Source: Lama glama
Lineage: Eukaryota
DNA: 64,000 bases
Direction: 5' to 3'
Assembly (NCBI GenBank): GCA_028534125.1
Contig: CM052816.1
Span: 56,856,001-56,920,000, forward strand
The notes beneath the pieces are model-generated. The model was not told the origin of the DNA. It searched no databases and worked only from the letters and a program-made list of their open reading frames with translations. Below are positions 38,736-53,000 of the stretch, in pieces; position 1 is the stretch's first letter; the number at the start of each line of letters is the position of its first letter. The translations under genes were made by a program, and so were the position numbers.

Positions 38736-40396
38736 TCTTGTTTCTAATTGTGTTTAATTGGTATTAACTTTACACAGTTTAGAAATATGTATTTACAAAA
38801 ACAGTAATTTTGACAGAGATGGTAGTAGTACCAACCCCAGAGTTGTTGTGAAGATTAAACAAATTAGTATATGTACCTTGGTGAGAACAATGCCTTAGAG
38901 CATACTATGAGTATTAGCCATTATTATTGTCCTTGTCTGTAACTTTCCAATTTTGATCACCTTTATACTTATTTTTAAAGCAGGATTATACAAGGTCCTC
39001 TTTACATGTTGATCATAAACTTTCCTATTATTAGTAATGCCCTGACTTGCACTATCTTAAATAACTTGTACTCACAAGGTAAGTAAATAAAACCACTAGG
39101 TTACATTTAAGTTTATGAGTAATAACGTTATGGTAGAAAAATCATGTGTATGAGCTCATAGTATTCTCTTAGAAATCACAGAATAAGGAAATTCATATAT
39201 GCTACAAATTTCACCACAAGTCTCTATTTTGTTCTTTCTCGATTCTTTACCACCTAGATCTCTTCCCACTGAAAGATAAGAATGAGTTAGACAGGTGAGC
39301 CTCAAATTCTTTTACCCTAAGGGGTCAACAGTAAAAGAAAAAAATCTGACCACTGCTTTCCACTTGTTTCCTGTGAGGTAACTGCTTTTGACTCTGGGTT
39401 TTTTTTTTTTTTCCAGTTGGGAACAACTTGTCAAGACTATATCTCTCAGTACACCTGAAACTAATATAATGTCAATTATACCTCAACTAAGAAAAAAATC
39501 TTGAAAAAATTTCTTGTATGAGTCCAGTGTTTTACAGTAATGTTTATAGAAAAATCACCAATCCTCACTAAGTTAACACAATTTATATTTTTAACCTTTT
39601 GGTCAATACAGTCATCACACAGTCACAGCTAATACAGTTAATTTGAATACAGGGAAGTCTGCAATAATATATATGTTAAAAGACATAATTCTATTTAAAA
39701 TTTCTATCATAACACTAGTGATCTATGGGAACTAATATCTTACTTTCATATCAAGGGGTTAGTATCTTATTCATATATACTGCAAATCACACCATTTACT
39801 TTCAGAATGCTTGCAAGCAGTCTGTCTCAAGTCAGGTACATCCCTTATTCAACAGTGTATGCAATTATTTTAAAAACATCCTTTATAATAGTATAAAAGA
39901 AAACTTCAACTCCACCTTTAAGTGAGACAAATGATGTTAATAATCATAGAAGCTAAGAAAAAGCTCCCAAATAGTTCAGGGCAAATAACCACAAACATGT
40001 GGCAAACACAGTAAAGCAGGTAAGACACTTTCATACATCATTGCATTTACTCTCACAAAAATCTGCAAGGGAAGTGACATTAGCCCCATTTGACAGATAT
40101 GGAAGCTGAGACTGAGAGCAGCTGGGACTTACTGGGGATCATGTAGCTCGTGTTTCTTTCCATTGTTCAACATGGTTGAAAACCTTAATTTTTAATTCAA
40201 AACAGGCCTCAGTTAGATTTTATTTCCATATTTCTGGCTAGCACCTAATAATAATCATAATTACAATAATTATAGATGACTTTCAAACCACTTTGTCAAC
40301 ACAGCAATAACCAAATATCTTGTTTTCTGAGAGAACACCAACTTGACTCAGAGAAAGGGCTGTGGAAAGAGCCGGTTTCTCATGGTTTTCGAAGTA

Positions 40397-40416
40397 ATAC
40401 TGCCACCTCGTGGACT
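40397..40416 (-). promoter_or_regulatory. Candidate CTCF site
   Basis: Minus strand CCACGAGGTGGCAGTA closely fits the CTCF core motif. Confidence 0.5.
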
Positions 40417-41959
40417 AGTGGTGAGCTAAGGTAAGTGGTCCCAACGCAGGGTTTCAATTTCACCAGATTAAAATTCTCAATAGACAATAAGGACACCTTT
40501 CAGAAACATTTTGAGTTGTAGCTCTCAGAAAAATGAAATGTAACCATTTCATCTTGTACACAGTAACCACATTGCTGTTTTCCCGTAAACTGCCAAGCTG
40601 GATCCAATAAGCATCCATCCATTTCATTCATTGATTCAGCACATATTTACTAGGCACCAACTATGTGCTGTGGATGAAGTCAAGAATACAAAGATGAGTA
40701 AGGACGTATTCCATGTTTCTAGAACATAAGATGCTATTCCTACAGTGGCTGAGAATACATATTCTTGAATCAGACTGCCTGAATTCAAATCCCAGATCTG
40801 CCACTAACTACACGACTTTGGACAAGTCACCTAAACTATCTGTGTCGCTGCAGTATCACCATGTGCAGAGTGGGAACAATAATAGCCCTTTCCCCATAAG
40901 GCTATTAATGATTCTGTGGAATACAAAGTACCCTGGGTGAGAAGTTCTTCAGGGAACACGTCTTGGAAGTGATACTGGTGCGTGGAGCCTTGAATAAAAA
41001 GGTGGGTAGCGTTTCCTCAGATGAAGATGAGCAGCAGGGATGAGACATTACCAAATAAAGAATTGAGATGGGAAAGCAAAGACTTGCTCTCTAGGATTAG
41101 GATAATTCAAATTGATTTATCCCAGTATACTCTCCTCAAAATGCACAAAAACTTATGTAAAAGCTTGCTCAGTGCAGAATTGCTTGTAAGTACAAAAGAA
41201 TGTAAGGTATCTAAGTGCCAGCAGACGAGTTAAATTGATTACGGCACATCTATACAGTGAGATAGGAAGCCAGCATAAAAAAGAATGAAGCAGAGCTATG
41301 TGCACTAAGTTGGATGCACAGTAAGTGGAAAGTAAAATGAAGAACAGCAAGTATAATGTGCTCCCGTTTGTTTAGAACTGAGGGTGTTCTTATTTAAAGG
41401 TGTGTAGAATATTTGGGGAAGACTATTGTGAGGTTTGTCTTCCTTATTCCCTGCTGCATCCTCCTTCCAGGTCGTCTTCAGAACTGCAGAGTTGAGCGAT
41501 TAAAAACTACATTTCCCAGATTGCTTTGCAAATAGTGCTCTGGGTGCAAAATTGGGCTCCACCAATTAGATACAATCACACATGGTTCGGAAGGCAGGAA
41601 GGAGGAGAGGCCAGCTCCTGTGTGTTATTGTTAACAAGTTTCCTCTACAGTCTTCCCAGTGCTGCTGCTGTTGCTTCCACAACAGCCCTCACAGTGCTGC
41701 CCTGCAGATGGGGTGGGTGAGGCTCAGTGCTGCTCCTGGACCATGCTCCCTTACCGCTTCCCAAGAAAACCTCACCTGTGACTTTCATGCCATCTGACTC
41801 ACATGTCATACTCCACCTTATTGGTCAGCACAGAGTGCAGGGCCACTCCCCATCATTTCATGAACATCGTAGCTCCTGCCTTGCTGTCAGTCTCTCTGAC
41901 GTTAGTCCTGACGTACTTCTTGGCTCTTTGGCCAGCACCTTTGTCGTCTCTAGCTCACT

Positions 41960-43975
41960 GCCTCCAGTACACAAACTGTAACTCTTCAACTCCTCACAAC
42001 CAGCAGTCCATCAACCCCGTTTTCACTGCCCTCACTCCCTCGTGATCTCATTTTTCTTACTCACCCAGCTTAGAGTCCATGGTCCATTATAAGCACTCTT
42101 TCATGTGAGTCTCCAAAACACCCTTGTCCATTTCTCAATTATTTCACATTCACCGATGAAAACTGCATTGCTGGTTAAGTCCATATCTCAGCCTATCCCA
42201 CGCCTGCATCCTCACAGCCAAACTTGAATAGAGAAAAACACAGAATCCTGCTAGTTAGTCTCGCTTTAAGTCCATGACCTCACGTGGGCCCTTAGTGCGG
42301 CTGGTAATGCTACTTCATTCTCTAGTCTGTTCATTCCCCCGTGATAATTAATAATATCAAACAAGGGAAAGATTCTAGGTTTACAGGCATTAACTCAATT
42401 CTCACAACCACCTTCTGTGATTTTATTTGTCTTATTAACAGTTGGAGAAAATGAAATACAAAATGGTAAAACTAACTTGCCCAAAGTCACATAGCTAGCG
42501 AGTGGCTGTGCCAAAATTCAAACCCAGGCAGATGGCTCCAAAGTCTGAGCTCTTGTCCTCTTGAGGACTGTTTCATATTTTCTCTTCCTTCCTCAAACTT
42601 TCAACACTTCTCATCTCTTCCTTCTCTATCCTCAGTTTCAGTTGGTTGTTTTGTTTTTTTCCAAGGAAAGTATTTCCATAGACCATGCCCACCGCTTTGT
42701 TTTTAAAAGTCAGAAACCCAGTTTATTTTTAAAGTTCTGCCACATTTCTGGAGGGTGCTGATGGTCACCTTCCCCACTTGCATCAGGTAGCCAGCAAACA
42801 GTCTGGCCATCAGCAGACCAGCCCAGAGAGGTACACTGGGGTCTTGCTGCTGGTACTGGTAACTTCCTGCTTCAGTTCACCTACAATGATCCTGCCCTCC
42901 AAGTCCCAGATCTTGACGCTAGGGCCTGTGGCAGTGCAGAGCCAGTAGCGGTTGGGACAGAAGCACAGGGCATTGATGATGTCCCAACCATCTAGTGTGT
43001 AAGGTGCTTGCCTTCACTGAGGCCCCAGTGGAGGCCTGGCCATCCTTGCCTCCAGAAGCACAGAGACCCCCATCATCACATCTACACATGTAATTGCACC
43101 TGTGCTATATATTGTGCCTTCTCTCCTGAACTATGCCCGAACTGTTCATTTGCTATCTAAGCCAACTCTTCTGCTTGGCTACTCAGCCCCATGTCCTTTC
43201 CCCAAGACATTGCCCCAGCAACTGGCCCTCGTCTCTCCTATAATCATCAGTTTCCCCCTCTCTACAGGATTATCCCCACCAGCACACAGTCTGTAATTCC
43301 TTCCAGTTTGCATCTCAAATGAATTATGAATCTCAAAACGTTTATCTAAGTGAAAGAAGCTAGCTCCCCCATTCTTAAATTCTGTGATTCCATTTGTATA
43401 AAATTGTAGCAAATACAAACTTATCTACTCATCTATAGTGACAGAAAGTAGATCAGTGGTTGCCTGAGAGGTAGGGGCCTAGCTGGGGAGGGTTTACAAA
43501 AGGAAACTTTTGAGGGTGACAGACACGTTATCTCGCTTGCAGTGCTGGTTTCACAGGTGTAATTAAGACTCTCCTCTCCCCTGCCTCATGTCAGCTAAAC
43601 CAGCCACTTTGTTTTCCCGAACTCACCCAGCATGCTTCTGCCCCAGGGTCTTTGCTCTCTGCCCCTAGACAGCAGTGAGGACCCCTCTTCATCTCCTTAA
43701 GGCCTTTGCCCAACCGCTGCCTCAGTGAGGACTTCTCTCACTTCTCTTTCTAGAACTACCACCGACCTATCTACCCCTCCCCTCAAACCTTTCCTATCTC
43801 CTTCCTCTGCCTGATTTTCCTTATCGTTCATCACCCTCTGACCCACTATATATTTTACTTGCTTACTGAACGTCTACCTCTCCCAAGTAGAACATGAGTT
43901 CCAAGAAGACAGGGATTCTGTCCGTTTTGTTCATTGCTACAGCCCCAGGACCCCAGCCTCTGTCTCTCAGTAAGT
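41960..43975 (+). mobile_element. Fragmented L2 hosting a MIR (~42390-42560), the RACK1 retrocopy and an L1 fragment (~43325-43560)
   Basis: L2-like pyrimidine-rich body and 3' end tagaacatgagttccaagaagacagggattctgtccgttttgttcattgctacagcccca. Confidence 0.65.
42696..43069 (-). pseudogene. RACK1: 5'-truncated processed pseudogene of RACK1 (GNB2L1)
   Basis: Minus strand reads [91 protein letters not shown] with frameshifts and deletions and no introns, followed by AATAAA (42727-42722) and an A-rich tail. Confidence 0.93.
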
Positions 43976-45366
43976 ATAAGGACTAGTGAATCTGTGTCTT
44001 CGGGGTCATTTGGTTGTAAATAAGAGAAAGCACTCACACTCACCTAAGCAGAATTTATTAGAGGGATTCCAAAGACTCATGGAGCCCCTAAGGGGAGGAG
44101 CCAGAAGGGAAACAGAAACCAGAGAACTAAGACCCTTTCTCTCTAGCCTGACCTGCTGAGGCAGGATGGCCTTGTCTTATTTCCTCTGGACTTTCATTCT
44201 CTCTGCAGACCAGCTTCCTCTTCTCATGACTCAAACACAGCGTTCCCAGCCTCCCACACTTTCTCAGATCAAGAATTTGATGACACAAATTACAACTCCC
44301 TGCTTAGAGAGGGCTTGAGCCAAGTGTACTACCCCTGGAGCAGCTAACTATGGCCAGGGGAAGAGGCGTGTATCCTACTTATCAATGTTTTTTAAGGTCT
44401 GTCTGAAAGGGCATTTTGTTCATGGGAAAGACAACTTATAGTTACTTGTTAAAATTTAAGTATTTTAAAGCTTTCCTTAAACTTTTAACTTACAAATATC
44501 CCATTCAGAAAACCATTATGTTTTAATAATCATTTTTAATGGGGCTTTTAATTAATGTTTGATAGAGATGAATTTCTCTAAACAATCCCATTTATAATCC
44601 AAAGTCTTAACAAATTAACAGTATGCATATATTTAAGATATTTGATTTTCTTACAAATAGCAAATCAAACACTTGACCCAACAAGAAAAACCTTCCCAAG
44701 TGCTTAACTTATAAATACAATAAATTAAATGTACAGTGACTTTCTTAGTTCTCTGAAATAGTTCAGTATTTCTGCAGTCTCAGAAACATCATAAAAAACC
44801 TTTCAGCTACAATTCACAAGTTTAAAACTCTGTTAGGCATTTTAAATTAGAACTGAATGCCATTGTTACATACTGTATTATGTTAGCTGTGTTCAAGTAC
44901 TACTTCAAACAGCAAATACTAGTTTGTCCCAATGAATATAAAACCTGTTCCTAAACTTAACACTGAAGTATTGATGGCTGTAAGAATTGTTTCCTAACCT
45001 TTTTGAAAATGTGTGATTACTACATATCTCATCTAAAACCGGCAGCATTCAGTGAATTCTACTAAAGGGAATGAGTGCTTTCTGCCCCAGTGTGCAGGCC
45101 AGTTCAGAGCTGGAATGAAGAACTCAAGCTTGGGGGACTTAAGGGTGAATTAACTACTCTAGTAAATTCAATGCTAAGTGAGATTACCAACTTTGGACGG
45201 CTGTAGTAAGAATCAAATAAAATACATGTCTGGGAAAAACCCTTGTCACGTTATATAGTTGATGGCAGCTAGTTTTTGATAGAATTTCAACTTTTCATTT
45301 TTACTATTATACAAATTATCAGCATGTTTATGAAGTTAAATTTTAAAAAAGCTTTTAAATACAAAG

Positions 45367-45372
45367 TTTATT
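45367..45372 (-). terminator. UTP15: Candidate UTP15 polyadenylation signal AATAAA (3' UTR about 1.5 kb)
   Basis: tttatt on the plus strand; the first canonical hexamer I noticed downstream of the stop. ATTAAA variants lie further on near 44522-44552. Confidence 0.45.
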
Positions 45373-46861
45373 TAAATAAATTAGCCCTTCTTAACATGAA
45401 AACACAGTTTCTGACCTTGACTAATCTCGTAATTACTCAGGGAAGCAAACTCCTGGTTTCTTACAACCCACTGGGCTGTATGATTGCTTAAATCAATTCA
45501 TTTGGGAGACCAGACAGTATGTTTGAGCACATGCCCTTAGCAGAACATAGGAGTATTTTTTCTGCTTTAAAAAATATATCTGAATTCACAGAACTGAAAT
45601 TTTAAGAAATTCCCATTACAAAATCTCCCTTTAACTAGCCTAAGACATATTTCCTTATAGATAATTAACTACTTGAGGTGGAACAGGAACTGAGGGAAGG
45701 CAGAAAGGGTAGCAAATATAAAATCAGTCTGCTAGGAGTCACAAGCCAGTGACCATCCATCAGGACTTAATACAACTCAGAAATCCAAGAAGAAAAATAA
45801 GATCTCTTTATAAAAAATGTGACTTACATTAAACTTTTAAAAAAATACAACTATTTTCCAAAGCAAGCTACTCTGGCTTGGGGTTCTGAAACACAAGATG
45901 ATGTGAATAGAGAAAAAATAAAAATCTAAATACAGATCAGAGAAAACAGTTTTCAGAGGGGTAGGTGGCTACAAAATAAGCTCCAAACATATGTATAAAA
46001 AAGGCTGAAAGGCTGTTTATCATGACAGAACCAGCAAATGTTGTCATTCCCCTGACCTGAAGCAAGCTGAAAACCCAGTAGAAAAGCTGCATGTTGAGGG
46101 AAAGCGGAAAACCACGGTCCGTAAGGTCAATCTGCAGACCTTGCTCTGATAAACATACAAGATCACAGAACTAAAAAGAAAACAAGGGATGGAGAGCACA
46201 ATTTTTAGGTATCAAATCTCCCTCATCACATTCTCTGAATACATGTCCAACTAGTGTCAGTTATTCAGAGTTGGCCACTAATCTGCCACACTTGGAACAG
46301 ATACAGTCAAAATACCAGCTGAAGGGGAACATGTGACCTGGGGCGAGTGATGACACCAAGGAGAGGGAGGCAAACTCAGCTGGGGCCTGGGGATCCCAAG
46401 GGCACTGATTAGAGTGAAGAAAGACTTGACTTGTTCTTGCTGTTTGTTTTGTTGTTGTTATTGTTGTTATTTTTCCCGGATAAAGAAAAAATAAAGCCCC
46501 GTTCCTCTGGCAGGATTCCCAGTTGAAACCCCCTCCAGAATTCTGAATGCCCACCCAAACGCTGAAACAGAACTCTCTTGTGAAAAATTAGTATCAACTT
46601 GTCCGAGATGGACATACACTATGACCAAAACAACTGAGACCTTCCAAGCTGAAGATGCCATGAAGTGATTCAAAATATCACATGGAAAACCATGCCTTAA
46701 AATAGGTTCTTATTTTCTACTCATAGTTATTCCAGCCTTTCATAAAATTGCTTCTGTAAATAGATTTTTAAAAAATGTATCAAAGAGATTCTCTTCCCTA
46801 TAGTTAAAAGCATCAATTCTATCCCAAGTTAGGAGTTCTTATGTGTCTTGGTGAGCAGATA

Positions 46862-47079
46862 CTATGATTTCATCTTCTTGTTCTCTAGAGTTCCCTCAGA
46901 TGAATGCTGCAACACAGAAGTGCTTTCTTTACTCATCATGGTAGAAAAAAGCATATCCATCATCCCCAAGGTTTCTAGTAGTTCTCTTTGGTAATCAATC
47001 TCTTTTTCTACAAGTCCTTGAAGTACCAAAAACTTCTTATCAACTACAGGTGATTGACCAATCACAGGCAGATATATAT
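46862..47079 (-). CDS. UTP15: UTP15 last coding exon
   Basis: [45 protein letters not shown]...ENKKMKS*; acceptor ctttttag; stop TAG. Confidence 0.96.
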
Positions 47080-50000
47080 CTAAAAAGAGAGGAAGGAAAC
47101 ACATTCACTAGAAACATCTTCTAAACAGCAATTATTTAGAAAAAGTACAAAAATACTAAATACAAAAGACATTGAAAAATTTGCACTTATTTTACAATTT
47201 ATGTTTTACATAAAGTAAACAATACATCTGAATAAATGTATTTCAAAAAGAAATAATTAAAAAATAGCGTGGAGGTTCCGACTTATTTTCATTTCCCCAA
47301 TAAAAATGAATCATGGTCATTACAGGTATTTAAGAAAAAAACTTTTAAAATTATAATAACCCTAGTCCCAGCAACTGTAAGTCAAGCCACTGTAAACATT
47401 TTACTCTGTTTTAAAGTGCACTGATTTACTATTATTGTCTTCTCCATGAAATGTTTACAGGAGGTAAAAACAAGATATTTCAATCTATTTGATTTCCAGC
47501 TTTGATCTCATCATTTCACACCTTTACTTTTACAAGTATGCTAAGATTTTTCAAGTCATAACAACTACTTACCAATAATTATTTCAGCAGCATTGATCAA
47601 AACAGGGGCAAATCTTGGCTGAGACAGATTCCTACAAAGCAAAAATTCTGTTAACTGAAACCTACAAACTTTAAAAAAAAAAATCCTTAAAATAGATTTA
47701 CTAAATTGTTCTGTCAGTTCTCTATAAAGATCAAACTAAAAGCAAATTTGGATAATGAAGGATTTCAGATGCAAAAGACATGTGATTCATAGACATGAAA
47801 CATACCTTATCAAAAAATTAAGAACACGACTGATCTCCTTTTCATCTCGACCTGCAAGGGCATTTGCAAGAACTCCTCTTCGATTTAGCTCCTTTATGAT
47901 GGAAACTGTAATCTCAGGCGTCTTTATTGTACAACCGGGCTAGAAAAATTTTCAGAGTCAACATGAGCCGACAAGACAGGACAAGTAAAAAAACCAGTCT
48001 TGAAACCCACTACCAATAACCAAATTTAAATAGTTTTCTTTTCCTTCCCAGTTTTGAATCACAGAAATGGACAATGCAAGAAATAAAATGATTCTTTTAA
48101 AAATAAGCTCCTTGAAGGTTCACCAATTGCAACAAATGTACTCCTCTAGTGGGGGATGTTGGTAATGGGGGAGGCCATGCATGTGGCAGGAAAGTGGTAT
48201 ATGGGAAATCTCTGCACCTTCCTTTCAATTCTGCTGTGAACCTAAAACTCTAAAAAAATTTCCTCACTCACCTCAAGGACTCTATCAAGTGCTTTAGAGA
48301 TCCGGAAGTTTTTCAGATCCCTGTCATACAATTCTAGGTGTTTCTTTGATGGCTTGTTGATCAAAATGTCATCCTGTATTGAAAAGTAAATTTATAGAGA
48401 AAAATCAACATCACAGAGTGTCATTCAAAATAAACTTGTTCATAGCAGTATTTTTTCCGTAGTTCCAGGGTGTCCTTGAACTATATCAGACATAATAGTC
48501 ATATACCCATGATGTCGATTAAATGAAAATGGAAAAATTTGCCACATCATTGTGTTCTGAGTCTCCTACGACTTTATGACTTTACAATGCATACACAATA
48601 CCTCCATTCTGGGCAACATTACTCACTGCAATTCTCTTTACATGGCCGGCAGTGTGATTTCGTACAGGAGTTAGTAAGTGTGCTTTAGCAGAACTGCCAT
48701 CTAGTCCCAGTAATGAAATCCTGTATTCAAACTTCTGTGTATCTCCATCTTCTCAGATGCTAAATGGAGACTTCACTGGCTCTACTATTTTTCAGGGTTG
48801 TTTAGAAGATCAAATCAGACCAATTTCACCTTTTAAAAAAATACACAAAGTATACAAATACCTGCTGTTTCATGTAATTTTTTCCTTTAATAAAAGTTCG
48901 ATACGCAGGCCTTCGTCTCCTGGGAACAGATTCCTTCTTTGCTTCAGATTTCCGATGTTTAACACTCAGTATTCCATTGGTCATTCCTACAACTATTGTC
49001 TCATCCTCATGCTAACAGCAATCAGAAAAACAAGTTAGTATATTCCTAGCTCATAATTTACCTTATTTTTTCTTTAAAATTCCACTTATAACGTGTTTGC
49101 CACTCATCTATACTTTACCTCAGAGTTCCATTCAGATATGCCTCTGCCTAACAATGATCTATGCAAAAAGTTAGACTAAAATCATTTTTCCCTCCAGGAT
49201 ACTAATATATTGACAGAACTTATTATAGTTAGAAATTATCACTGGCAGTTTGTATAATAATACACAGTTAATGACACCTTGGGAAACTTTCAAAATAGTT
49301 CTATTTTTTTCCTGCATCCTCTTACTAGAAAAAGAATTATGCAGTGGCATGACTTTCCACAGACTTGCCAAGAAAATATTTTGTAATAACTTTTCCTCTC
49401 CCAATTCAGATTCCTCCTCAATGGCTCATCTAATCTGACAGTGGACATTCCAGAAAGAGCAATTAACAAGGAAAAGGAGACATTTCATTTTGCCACCCTC
49501 TATTCTTGCCCACCCCCCCCACCATTTTTTTTGTTCAAGGAGCCAATTTAACTTTCTGGAGTATTTAGCCCTTGAGTTAAATGTGTTGAAGAGAGCTTTA
49601 TCAACTTCCCAGGGTTGCCCTTAGTGTTAACAATGCTACAACACTGTAAATGGTTTGAAGCTATGCAGTGAGTGGGACCTCAATCTAAATTCATGCTTAG
49701 TCACTGAGACAAGCCATATATTGTCTTAACCGAATTATCCAATGTGGCAAGAAGGAAATAAGACTTATTCAAATAGAAAGATAAACCCTAATATTCCCTT
49801 TTAGTACAATTTAACAGGCACGGTTAGTGAAACTTTTAAAAAAAAAATCTAAAAGTACTTACTGCAAGTGCAAGACTCAAAATAGAAGCTGCATAATCAA
49901 AACTGTGGACTACTTTGTAGGAAGTTGTGCTATATACTTTCACCTTCCTAATGAAAAAGAAAGCTGGGTCACAAATCATCTCGGAAATGAATATAAAATA

Positions 50001-53000
50001 TAAAATTTCTACTTTTTTAGAGTATATGAATATTAAAGTTTACACAACAATGAAGAAAAACAGTAATTAGTAATATTAATTACAAACTAATTAATCACTG
50101 TATCTTTTTTAAAATGAACTGTTTATTATTATGTTTCCATAAAGACTTCAACTAGCCACCAGAAGGACAGACCGTGAACCATTGTCTCCTGAAGATAAAA
50201 CTTCAGAGTAAAAGATCTTATGGTAGCTCACAGAGAAAAAAATGTGACAATGAATATATATATGTTCATGTATAACTGAAAAATTGTGCTCTACACTAGA
50301 ATTTGGCACAACATTGTAAAATGATTATAAATCAATAAAAAATGTTAAAAAAAACTTGAGAGTAAAGAAAAAGCATCAATGAATGCCCTTTAGAAGTCAA
50401 AAGAGCAGGATTTCTCAGCTTGTCCAGCATTAATGACATTTTGGGAGAGAGAGTTCTTTGTAATGGTGGCTGTTGTTTCTAGCCTATCAATAATTTTTAC
50501 ACTGATTACATACTGAAATAACATTTTAGACTAGATAAGATATATTATTAAAGTAATTTTACCTACTACCTTTTACCTTTTAAGCATGGCTGGTAAAACA
50601 TTTAAAACTACATATGTAGCTCACATTATATTTCTAATGTACAGAACTGTTCTAGAACATTAACTAATGAAACACTAACACCTATTTAAAATAGCAGCAC
50701 GTGAAAATATATAATTTCTATACTGTATAGAAATTTTACATAAAGTTTTAAAGAATATAAGCTAGAATATATACATACAAATATTTCAAAATATACAAAT
50801 ATATTATAATGACTTTAATTTTAGAAGAAAACTACAGAATAATAAATTATTTTAAAAGATATTTGAATGGTTCAATACAATTCCTCAAATATAAAACTTT
50901 AGGCAATAAATTTATGTCAAGGGAGAAGATAAGTTTGCTATATGTAAATAAAAGGTCAAAACTATTTTCAACTCAACAGATTTTTTTTCATGGAAATCAT
51001 TTGGCAGAATATTTATTCTATCACAAATACTGCAGAAATAAGTCATTTCGTCAAACAGTACACACTCGTACACTAAGAAAGATCAAGAAAGAAAATTAAA
51101 ATGCTAACCTATCCAGTGAGCCAGAGAGTAACCTCTGTCCAGAGCTGCTCAGACATAAACACGTCACAGTTTTATGATGATTTTTCAAAGACACTAGTAG
51201 CTGTCCTCCTTTCAGTATGTCCCAGACTTTAACATAACGACCTCCTATAAAAGAAATAACCACCAGTTTGATTATGCAAAAACCTGAAAAGCATTGTTCA
51301 CTGGACATTCCACAGCATGGAGTGGAGGGATTTCAGAGCCAGTCTGCCTGGTTTCGATGCTGGCTGTACCATTTACTGGGTGTGTGATTGATAATAACAA
51401 CAGTCCCCACCTCACAAAAACCAGTATGATAATTAAATAACTTCATATTTGTAAAGTACACAGAATTGCCTGGCAAAATAAAAAGTATAACCAAAAAAGA
51501 TTTCATTTAAAAAATTATAATAATTCTTCAAAAGAAATTCTGTATAACCATGGAAATGAATAATGTAGATTTCATTTCCTAAACATTCTGTGAATCCCAA
51601 CAAAACTGAAAAACTTCCCTATAACTTTTACTCTAAGAACTGGAAGGATCCTTAAACGCAATTTAATTCAATGGTTTAAAAAGAATTTTTTAAATACAGC
51701 ATTTTTCTTTCAATGAAATATTAAGCAAAAGTCTAGTGGGTCAAATATAAAGAGCCTGGGGACTGGCGGTGGAAGGGGATGAAGTTCTTACCTATCCTGA
51801 ATGGGAAACAGGACCTGGAACCCAATTCACAGTCCCTGTCTCCTGTAGCAGTTCATGAGAGACATTCGTTTGAAACCAATGATCTCATTTTCAAGGTCTA
51901 TGTTGGTTAAGAGATTGCCTAAAGTCACACAATTAGTGACATGATGGAGATTAGCAAACAGGCATTCACTTTCCCTGTTCAACTTGAATTTACTTCCGTT
52001 TTTCAAAATAACAGCAAGAAAAATAGATACCTCTGACAATAGCATCAACTTATTTTAAAATCAAATAGGTAGTGGGGAAAAGATTATAAAACAGGATAAC
52101 TTCTATTTAGATTTAAGAATTAAGAAAAAAAAAGCTACAAACTTCCTATGTATTCTTCTAATGTCAACACATTCATTTGGATTGAACAAATGAAAAAAGC
52201 CAATTTACTTCTTCAATTATAATTTTGAAAATGCACTATAATCAATATAATTAAAAAAACACCCTAGTTCCAACTTGATGAACAATGTATCAAGGCCCCT
52301 TCGACTCCACTTAATCTCCTCCTCCAGCACTATCAACTATTTGCTGGGTAAGGCCACTTCATTCAAGACTCATAAGAAGAGATAAGCCTGATTCTAGATC
52401 TGAAAGAACCCATTTTCCAAAGGTGCCACAGATCTCTTAGGTAGGAACAACAGCAGGAGTATAACCTGGATTTCTGGGTTACGTACATAACACAGGCTCT
52501 CAAGTTCCGAGATTTCAGATCTACCACTTACCACTTTGTCTTGGACAAATCAGTTAAAACTTTCATTTATTTCCCTAGTTGAAAAATAGGGAGAAAATCA
52601 TCTCGTGGGCTCTTCTAAGGCAGTGGAGATAATATGTACATAACAGTACACTGCTTGGCTCATATCAAGTTCCCAATAAATGATAACTACTTGCCTGTCC
52701 CACTTATCAACTGTTTGAGCAAAAACCTAAATATGCAATTCAAGTACACACTGATAAATTATAAAGAGTAACTGCTAAAGAAATTTTTGACTCAAGACAA
52801 ACAATATTGGTGAAAGCAATTTTTAAAGCAGATACCTGCTGATACCAGAAGACCTCCAGAAGGAAAAAGAAGGACACTCTCCACTGGCTGCTCATGTTCA
52901 ACAGAGATAATGCTCTGGTTTGTTCGTGCATCAAACACCTTCACAGTATGATCATATGACCCTAAAACATCAATTGTATTATGTAAGTTCCACTACTCAA

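Noticed and set aside
48694..48708. CTCF-like GGACTAGATGGCAGT in a UTP15 intron
   Set aside because: Lacks the CC at the start of the core motif; too weak without ChIP data.
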